Source of the DNA: a virus
Taxonomy: Duplodnaviria > Caudoviricetes
DNA: 53,009 nt
Strand: one strand, 5' to 3'
Virus record (IMG/VR): IMGVR_UViG_3300029258_001781
Location: 1-53,009 of that record
Both the position numbers and the translations under genes were made by a program. The notes under the pieces are model-generated. The model was not told the origin of the DNA. It made no database searches and saw only the letters and a list, made by a program, of their open reading frames with translations. Positions within the stretch are counted from its first letter, which is position 1, and each line of letters begins with the position of its first letter. This document shows, one piece after another, positions 46,265 to 53,009 of the stretch.

Positions 46265-47889
46265 GACGCAAGACTCCTACGTTTCCCGTCGTCGAACTCG
46301 ACGATGATATCTTTCAGGTATGCCTGTGCAGGCGTCGAGTGGGTGGCCTCCACGTAGAAGCCTCCCGATCCACTGAGTTTCAATTCGCACGCACCGCGCG
46401 CAGTCGGGGTCAGTGTACCCGAGTTCTGGTGCAAAGTATCTGTCACCTTTCGCCGGGCGTACACCGTCACCGACCAACCGCTCATGTCGTAGCCATCAGA
46501 CTCCAGCCACAAACGGATCGCTTGGGGAACCTTGATTCCCTCCATGTCGTCGAAATAATCGGAGCGATATGTCACCGTACCCGCGGCGGCGTCCGATTCG
46601 TAGATACCAATTGGCGCGCTCGTGTCGTTGCTGCGGCCAAAAAACACCGTCGTCGGGATCTGCGGCGCTTTGACGAACCCGCGCGCTTGAGACAGCCGGT
46701 AGCATCGGTCGCTCGCACTGAAATGAAACTCCTTCTCGGATGGGTCGTAGTGAACCAGCCAGTCGTCTCCCTCGGTGAACGCCCAACGATAGCCCAGGTA
46801 CTCGCCCTTGACGCCACCGTTGCCGGTCGGGGTCAGCACATACAGGTCGCCGTTCTCCATGATCGCCGCCTGCACCTGCTCATTGCCGCCCGCCGCGGCG
46901 CGCGTGTTTGTGCCCTGCTTTACCCCGAGCCGCGGTGCCTGCCCTTGGATCTCCGCATACCCGAAGCCTTTTGAGTGGTCCGAGTAATCCGGGACGGCCA
47001 GGTGACAGCCGTCGCTCATGTACACCACCATGGCCTTATCAAGCTGCATCATCTTGAGCACCTGCCCGCGCCCGGGCAGCGGCATGAAACCGCTTTGCCG
47101 GCGGGACTCGATAGACCTCCACCACGGATTGTCCTCGTCGAACCCTGTGTCTGGGTTGTTGGAAAGCGTGCCGTAGATCATGAACGGGATCGAGTAGAAC
47201 CGCAGCATGTCCACCGCGCCGATACTCGACCACCATATCCATGACTGCTTGTTGGTCGCGGAGTACAGACGATCGATATCGTCGGGCACCACATCACCGC
47301 GCAAGCCGCGCATGTAGGTTTCCCAGTCGGCGAGCGCATGCAGGTTGGTCTCGAAGCCGCCAAGAAACAAGCGAGAGTCCTGATAGGCTGCACCCGTGGC
47401 AAATGTCACCTGGTTCTGGTGAAACGTCTTATTCGCGAAGCCAGCGTAATGCAGGGTGTCCACTCCGTTGAACATCCATATGGTGTCCATGAGATCTGCG
47501 TAATGCCATTCTTTTCCGCCCGTCAGCGTGGCGCTGGAGCCAGAGTCACCGTCCCAGTTGTAGCTTTGCCAGTCGTATACCGTCACCGGAAACGGAGACC
47601 AGTCCGAGCTCGCGTTTTCGGAGACCACAAAGAAGTCATCTTGATCCAGCAGGGCGGTCAGCTTCTTCGCCCTTATCAGTTGCGGCCATGGGTGAGACTT
47701 CACGATTGACGCGGATGACAGGGCCGCGTTGGTGATTGGTTGGACGACGTTTCGAATGGGCACCAGACCGAACTCGGTCGCTGCGGCCATGTCAAACCTG
47801 CGCGCATAGTCCACATTGCTCGGCAACCGATCGTCAGGCTGGTAGCCGTTTTGCAGGGTCTTCGCGAGGCTGACCTTGATCACCGTCAC
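46246..47889 (-). CDS. Tail nozzle-like protein, paralogue 1
   Basis: HPWPQL, RLFLGG, WWSSIG motifs. Confidence 0.65.
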   Translation of the reverse strand: MTVIKVSLAKTLQNGYQPDDRLPSNVDYARRFDMAAATEFGLVPIRNVVQPITNAALSSASIVKSHPWPQLIRAKKLTALLDQDDFFVVSENASSDWSPFPVTVYDWQSYNWDGDSGSSATLTGGKEWHYADLMDTIWMFNGVDTLHYAGFANKTFHQNQVTFATGAAYQDSRLFLGGFETNLHALADWETYMRGLRGDVVPDDIDRLYSATNKQSWIWWSSIGAVDMLRFYSIPFMIYGTLSNNPDTGFDEDNPWWRSIESRRQSGFMPLPGRGQVLKMMQLDKAMVVYMSDGCHLAVPDYSDHSKGFGYAEIQGQAPRLGVKQGTNTRAAAGGNEQVQAAIMENGDLYVLTPTGNGGVKGEYLGYRWAFTEGDDWLVHYDPSEKEFHFSASDRCYRLSQARGFVKAPQIPTTVFFGRSNDTSAPIGIYESDAAAGTVTYRSDYFDDMEGIKVPQAIRLWLESDGYDMSGWSVTVYARRKVTDTLHQNSGTLTPTARGACELKLSGSGGFYVEATHSTPAQAYLKDIIVEFDDGKRRSLASWTQLS

Positions 47890-48323
47890 CCCTCCCGAAA
47901 CATGGCGAGGAAGGACGTCCGACGAAACGCCCCAGAATCGGAGCCCAGGGTCACAAGCAGCTTGTCACCAGCCGACACAGGAATGACCTCTTCGAAGATC
48001 TTAGTGCCGGGCTGGACCGTCTGGCTAAGTACGACCTCGCCGTTCCATTGTGCGTTCAACTGGACCTCGCCATCGACCTCGCCACACATGATGGTGGGCG
48101 CCACCAACTCCCCGGGGGTCTGGAACTCGTGCTCCATCACGATCACTTGTAGCGTGTCCCCACCGAACTGAACGTCATTGAGGGGCCCGCCCAAAGGTAC
48201 TGCCGGCTTGCGGCGGAGTTTGCCTCGCTTGTGACGTTCTTTCGCTACCTGGATTCGGCGGCGCTGAAACTCCTCACGAGCCGCGGCCGTGCGCTGCTGC
48301 CATGGTGTTGCCCGTTCAGCCAT
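47886..48323 (-). CDS. Small beta-sandwich virion protein
   Basis: GAGG RBS; basic N-terminus. Confidence 0.55.
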   Translation of the reverse strand: MAERATPWQQRTAAAREEFQRRRIQVAKERHKRGKLRRKPAVPLGGPLNDVQFGGDTLQVIVMEHEFQTPGELVAPTIMCGEVDGEVQLNAQWNGEVVLSQTVQPGTKIFEEVIPVSAGDKLLVTLGSDSGAFRRTSFLAMFREG

Positions 48324-49521
48324 TGCGCACCGCCTCTTCGGGGGTAAGCGCGGAGATCTCAGCGAAACGGTCCTCCGCAAGCATGCGCTCCAGCTCCTCC
48401 TCCAGTTGGCTTTGAAATGCCTTGACGCCACTGATGTTGCGGTGTCCATCGATCTCCAACTGGAGCCTGGCCGCACGAATCACGTACTCGGGGCGCTCTT
48501 GCAACCAAAAGTTTGAGTCCGTGTCATTGACTAGCGGCGGCACGCTAAAGTCCCCGAAAACCGTCAGTTTGTAGGTTTGATCCGCCGGCGGCATTACCGT
48601 GAACCACGGAACACGAAGCGAAGGCAGGTTGGTCGCGGGAAGGTCTGTGTAGACGCGGATAGATTCAACCGTGATATCCCCATCCTGATACGGAACAAGA
48701 ATGACGATCGTATTCCATGGCTCGCCGCGATCGACTACCACGCGGCCGTTTGTCGGGTAAACCAATTCTCCATTCACAGCGGAACTGCCATCCCAGTAGA
48801 ACAGGGAAACCGCCCATGAGTCGCTGCTGGTGGCGTCAATCTCAATGGTGATTTCACCCGCGGGCTGGTCATACACGTACTGACTGATCGTCCCGGTCTG
48901 ACCATCTGGCTCGAAAAGCAAACTGCCAGGTGCCCACGTCCACTCACTCTCATCCTCGATATGCGACTGGAAAGGCTTCGCGACCCTTTCGGGATTGGTG
49001 AGGTTTCCGGCGTAGAAGACTGGCTCGTTCTGGAAGTACGGGTCCGCCCAAATGTCAGCGGAGCTCGGAAAACCTTGTGCAAAATAGAGCGGCTGTCCGG
49101 CCGTGACGTTCTTGAACTCCTTGCTTGCATACTTGTCGCGCAACCAAGCCATATCCTTTTGCTGCAAGCGCGTTCGCGTGTTGACGTTGTCCCAAGTGTC
49201 GATCCGCGTCACAAAATCAACGTGGGGCACCGCAACGCGAAACTGTCCAGGGAGCAGGTTGGCCTGAAACCGCTTGTGAACGCCGCTATTACTCCAGCGC
49301 TGATCGAGCCACCGGAGCCCCGCGTTCAGGTAGTACGTGGCGTCCGACACCAAATTGGCGTTGTTCGAGTACGTGCCTGCATTGAAGTCGGTCACCAACT
49401 CGTGATACCCGGACTGCTCGCACAGAACGCGACGCGCCTGGACGTGGTTGAGGCTAGACATGGTGGAAATCTCCGCGACGTTCGCCAGCACCAGTGCCAG
49501 CGCGAGAATCGACGTGTGCAT
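48316..49521 (-). CDS. Head-tail adaptor (tail tubular A-like) with inserted beta domain
   Basis: YLNAGLRWL, GQPLYF, PPAD..Y.L, DSNFWL..RPE motifs; follows the capsid gene; alternative start at 49461. Confidence 0.7.
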   Translation of the reverse strand: MHTSILALALVLANVAEISTMSSLNHVQARRVLCEQSGYHELVTDFNAGTYSNNANLVSDATYYLNAGLRWLDQRWSNSGVHKRFQANLLPGQFRVAVPHVDFVTRIDTWDNVNTRTRLQQKDMAWLRDKYASKEFKNVTAGQPLYFAQGFPSSADIWADPYFQNEPVFYAGNLTNPERVAKPFQSHIEDESEWTWAPGSLLFEPDGQTGTISQYVYDQPAGEITIEIDATSSDSWAVSLFYWDGSSAVNGELVYPTNGRVVVDRGEPWNTIVILVPYQDGDITVESIRVYTDLPATNLPSLRVPWFTVMPPADQTYKLTVFGDFSVPPLVNDTDSNFWLQERPEYVIRAARLQLEIDGHRNISGVKAFQSQLEEELERMLAEDRFAEISALTPEEAVRNG

Positions 49522-49560
49522 CTTGCGACGTGCTCCTAAGCATTTGTCTTCCCCTTGAAT

Positions 49561-49590
49561 GCCCGGCCCCGGGCGAACCCGAGGCCGGGC
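49561..49590 (-). terminator. GC hairpin with TTCG loop after the capsid gene (weak U-tract)
   Basis: GCCCGGCCTCGGG-TTCG-CCCGGGGCCGGGC on the minus strand. Confidence 0.6.
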
Positions 49591-49612
49591 TACTATGAAC
49601 CCCTGGCATACG

Positions 49613-50992
49613 TTACGAGCGGGCCAGATCCCGGTGGATGTTGCGGATGATCACGTGATTCGAGATCCCGTTGAACTTCCAGCCACAGCACTCACGGAAG
49701 CCGCCTTTGGCGTTCGAGCTCCAGATCGTGCCATCGCGCTTGGCGCGCTTGGCGCGCTCACTGTTCATCACGTCGGCCGGAATCGACTCGAACGGCATGA
49801 ACGTGGCCTGCGTGATGAGCTCCATGTTGGGCATGATCAGCGTGCCACGGTATGCGGACGAGTTTTTCATCAGCGGGTGCTCGTAGAAACGGATGTTGCC
49901 GTTCTGGAGCTTGATCCGATTGAACCGGATACCGACTTCGTCCGTCTCGGTCGGCTGGTCGACGTTGAACGTCAACCGGTCCTGCATGTACTCCTCCAGC
50001 ACGAGCATCACTTCCGGCCCCGCCCAAGCGCGGAGATCCTCGGTGTTGTCGTGCCAGCGCGAGACGTACTCGACGACATTGGTCAAGAGCTGCTTGATCC
50101 ACGTGTACGCCGGGCCGGTGGTCGAGCCGAGGTAGATGGTGTCGGTCAGCGCGTCGATGTAGTTCTGCCCCGCCTGCTCCTCATACGTCGTGAGGTAGTA
50201 TTCGAGGCCGCCCGTCGACTGATACTCCTTGTCGGAGTCGTCCAGCACGGACTCAATGAACGCCATCTCCTTGTCGATCAGGAAGTCCTTGAGCGCGTCG
50301 GCTTCGGATTCCGCGAGAACATCGTAGTTCGGGCGGCTCTTTTCCTTGCGTTCGTAATCGTTGACCGTGTACGAGCCGAGGAACGTGGACATGGCGCCTT
50401 CACGCTTGACCAGATCCTCGAACCGACCCTCGGGCAACGTGTGGACGTCGCTGTGCTTCTGACCAGCCGGCGTCATGCGAATGTACGAGGCGGCGAGCGC
50501 CTGGTCGCTATCCGCGGCCAGCAGCTTTACCGTCACGTAGGAGTCGGAATCGCCGTTCAGGGACTTGCCCGTGACGAGCCCCTTGACCTTGCCCGACACC
50601 TGCTTGTACGCGGAGTCCGCGAACTCCCAGATGACGCACATCATGCCGGCGTCCCACTTCTTGGCGTTGTTCTCGGTCATCTGAACATTGACTTCCGTAT
50701 CGACCGCAGTCGTGCCGGAGGCGGCGTTCGTCAGGCCGGGGCCGTCGAACACGTCGACGACCGGGCAATCACGCTGATTCCAGCCCTTTTCCCACCACGT
50801 CAGCGAGCGGGATTCGGTCTGGATTTCCTGACCCTTCATGCTAATGAAGGACGTCATCTGCCCGACCCGCTTCAAGCCCATCGGCATGTACTTGAAGACC
50901 TCGGGAAACCAATGACGATCGTGTACGTCGGCAGTGCGCTCGGTCTGCAAGACCGGGTCTTGGCGCATCACCGGAGCGATTGGTGAACTCAT
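49613..50992 (-). CDS. Major capsid protein
   Basis: 459 aa; AGGAG RBS; EMAFI...TGGL and FYEHPLM pattern; downstream of scaffold and followed by a hairpin. Confidence 0.8.
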   Translation of the reverse strand: MSSPIAPVMRQDPVLQTERTADVHDRHWFPEVFKYMPMGLKRVGQMTSFISMKGQEIQTESRSLTWWEKGWNQRDCPVVDVFDGPGLTNAASGTTAVDTEVNVQMTENNAKKWDAGMMCVIWEFADSAYKQVSGKVKGLVTGKSLNGDSDSYVTVKLLAADSDQALAASYIRMTPAGQKHSDVHTLPEGRFEDLVKREGAMSTFLGSYTVNDYERKEKSRPNYDVLAESEADALKDFLIDKEMAFIESVLDDSDKEYQSTGGLEYYLTTYEEQAGQNYIDALTDTIYLGSTTGPAYTWIKQLLTNVVEYVSRWHDNTEDLRAWAGPEVMLVLEEYMQDRLTFNVDQPTETDEVGIRFNRIKLQNGNIRFYEHPLMKNSSAYRGTLIMPNMELITQATFMPFESIPADVMNSERAKRAKRDGTIWSSNAKGGFRECCGWKFNGISNHVIIRNIHRDLARS

Positions 50993-51034
50993 AGGATTTT
51001 CTCCTGTTGTTTCGGTTTGATCCCAGCGCGAGCG

Positions 51035-51748
51035 CTAGGCGTTGCGGTACACAGCAAGCTGCTTGAGCGTGCTGGTATTGGCTGCGTTTTCGGTTCCGTA
51101 CTGGACAGTCACCGTGACTGCCATGGTGCCGGTCGTATCAATGGATGAGAGTGAACTCGATGCCGACCCCAAAAGCGTTACCGCCTGACTGTCGCCAACG
51201 TCGTGCTTACCCTCTCCAGTGACGAGACCGGCCGTGGTGCTTCGAATGCCAACCGTCATGTCCCATGACACAAACTCGCTGGCATCCCCGGCGCCACCAA
51301 CCGCATCATCCATAGTCAAGGTGCCAGAACTGAAGATGATCTGACCATCCAGTTTGACCTTGACCGTAATGTTGCCAGCGGTTGTGTGGCTGCCCGTTAC
51401 CGTTATTGCGCCTTGCACTCGGACGGTATCACCGGCGGCCAACGTGTCCGCGGGAATGGTGTAGCTGACGTCGTAGGCTGTCTCATCGGTCGAGGCGTCA
51501 CCCGAGGCGGCCGTGACTGCTGTCGAGTCCGCCGTATTGACGTAGAGAAGCCCGCCGGCATCAGCGTTTTCAATCGTCGCACCGCGCGTAAAACTGGGCA
51601 CGCCCTCGTTATTGGAATCGAAGGTGCGCTGCACGCCATACGCGCGATTGCCGTCGTTGATGAAGTTCTGTTGTGCAAACGCCAATACCGGCGCGAACAC
51701 AAGAAGAGCCAACAACGACAAGATGGCAATGCTGTTGAATTGCTTCAT
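51035..51748 (-). CDS. Putative capsid decoration protein with Sec-type signal peptide
   Basis: MKQFNSIAILSLLALLVFAPVLAFA-QQ; TIPADTLAAGD beta-sandwich. Confidence 0.65.
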   Translation of the reverse strand: MKQFNSIAILSLLALLVFAPVLAFAQQNFINDGNRAYGVQRTFDSNNEGVPSFTRGATIENADAGGLLYVNTADSTAVTAASGDASTDETAYDVSYTIPADTLAAGDTVRVQGAITVTGSHTTAGNITVKVKLDGQIIFSSGTLTMDDAVGGAGDASEFVSWDMTVGIRSTTAGLVTGEGKHDVGDSQAVTLLGSASSSLSSIDTTGTMAVTVTVQYGTENAANTSTLKQLAVYRNA

Positions 51749-51759
51749 GCTGATGCTCC

Positions 51760-52128
51760 TTACGTGGTCACGTCTTTGATGACAGCCGTGTATCGGCCCC
51801 ACCAATTCCGAACGACCGCGTGGTCACCAGACGCCGTGAGGTTGTCGCCGATCAGGTCGGTGCCGTTCTGATCTTCGAGCGTGACGGAACCACCGGCGGC
51901 GCCGTTCGAATAGATGCTGAGATCGTCATTCTGCCACTCGCTGTACTTCGGAGCGATGATCGTGTGTACGCCGGAAGCCGGCGGAGTCACGATGACAAAA
52001 CGATCCTTGGGGTCGAGCTGGGTCGAGCCGCCTGCCGTACCCACGATGATCTTGGGCTGTGCGTGGCTTTTCTCGAAGCCGCTCGACAACGGCAGCGGAT
52101 GCTGCGGAGTCGATGACATTTTGTCCAT
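51760..52128 (-). CDS. Small beta-rich virion protein
   Basis: Between scaffold and capsid genes. Confidence 0.6.
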   Translation of the reverse strand: MDKMSSTPQHPLPLSSGFEKSHAQPKIIVGTAGGSTQLDPKDRFVIVTPPASGVHTIIAPKYSEWQNDDLSIYSNGAAGGSVTLEDQNGTDLIGDNLTASGDHAVVRNWWGRYTAVIKDVTT

Positions 52129-52140
52129 TACTCGTTGTCC

Positions 52141-52865
52141 TTATTGTTTGTTGTACGCCGCCTTGAGCCGTTCGATCGTATCGACGACTGGTGGCTGACG
52201 CTTCGTGTTGGGGTTGGTTGGGGCCTGGAGCGCAGAAGCGGAGTTAGCACTGGGCTGAGGAGTTCCGCCGCCACGAGCGTCGAAACCCTTGCCAGACTTG
52301 ATCAGCTTCTCCAGAGCGTTCCCGGTCTTGGTGTCCTTGCGGAGTTTTTCGACAACACCCCGAAAGAGTGCTGACGGCTCCATGTCGGGATTGTCGCGCC
52401 GCATTACACCTGCCGCGGCGACAAGGTCTTCCACCTTGCCCTCCAGTTCCGGGTACTGCTGTTCTGCGAGCATTCCGACCATCATGGACTCCATCATGGA
52501 GCCCACAATCGGAATCAGTGTCCGGGCCGTCTCCTGAACCTGTTGCCCGTGCTGCTTTGCCAACATGCCTTGGACGAAGTTTTTCACCTTACCGGCCGCG
52601 CCGGCGCCATCCAGCATGTCGTCTTCGGTCAGCTCGAGTTCGAAGTCGGAGCCGGCAGCTTCCATGAGTCGCTGCAATTCCGCTTCCTGTGCCTGCTGAA
52701 CCTGCTCCGGCGTCGGCGAAGCGGGGGCCTCCGGTTCCTCGGGGGTTTCCTCGCTTTTGCTCTCTGCTGGGGCAGATCCTTGCGTCCTGAGCCATTCCTG
52801 AAACGATTCGAGCACGGCTTCCTGCTCGTCCTGTTCCAGTTCTCCGAGTGCCGTGATGATATCCG
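52141..52865 (-). CDS. 3' part of putative scaffold protein (starts at 277)
   Basis: Continuous frame across the circular junction. Confidence 0.7.
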
Positions 52866-53009
52866 CCGGCGCATCCGAATCGCCCTCGTCCGCCGCGGCG
52901 TTTGCCGGCTCCGCGGGTTCGGTGGGCTCTTCCGCCGGGTTCATGTCTTCGGGGGCACTCGTATTCTCCACCGGCGCAATCTCTTCGGCGCCGGGTTCGA
53001 TATCGTCTT
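52866..53009. repeat. Terminal direct repeat, copy 2
   Basis: Identical to 1-144. Confidence 0.95.

Noticed and set aside
44948-46357. Long opposite-strand ORFs (44948..46357, 49559..50986, 26072..27409, 2842..3795 and others)
   Set aside because: Antisense shadows of real genes caused by high-GC codon bias.
530-52141. Stop-codon reassignment (alternative genetic code)
   Set aside because: Long genes are intact under code 11 with no in-frame TAG or TGA interruptions.
52866-53009. Physical direct terminal repeat (T7-like DTR)
   Set aside because: It falls inside the continuous scaffold ORF, so an assembler overlap is the better explanation.
1-53009. Integrase, reverse transcriptase/DGR, CRISPR array, DNA or RNA polymerase
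   Set aside because: No motifs or spaced repeats recognised; lifestyle cannot be established from the XRE gene alone.

Overview
The window is an apparently complete, circularly assembled dsDNA bacteriophage genome of about 52,865 bp with high GC; bases 1-144 repeat exactly at 52866-53009. The gene set is podovirus-like. The minus strand carries a late/structural arm: terminase, portal, scaffold, capsid, adaptor, three paralogous nozzle-like proteins, and ejection proteins including a 2760-aa polyvalent protein with a lytic transglycosylase. It also carries lysis genes, a DnaB/DnaC-type replication module with two Dam-family methyltransferase paralogues, and many small ORFs. The plus-strand arm (18.2-31.2 kb) has early genes (DUF932 and small ORFs), a RuvC-like resolvase, an XRE regulator, a YqaJ exonuclease with a putative annealase, a Tad2/DUF2829 fusion, DUF5131 and membrane proteins. 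I recognised no integrase, DNA or RNA polymerase, CRISPR array or classical tail fibre. The most striking unexplained structure is a ~1.7 kb RNA-rich island (23.58-25.28 kb) with three parts: (1) a sigma70-driven ~85-nt small RNA whose seed (GCCGAUCCUUGUC) is complementary to an atypical AGGATC ribosome-binding motif shared by the early genes; (2) a ~550-nt highly structured transcript carrying a perfect 10-nt complement of that seed; (3) a tandem array of tRNA-sized, closed-stem RNAs. All family assignments come from motif recognition by eye, without database searches.
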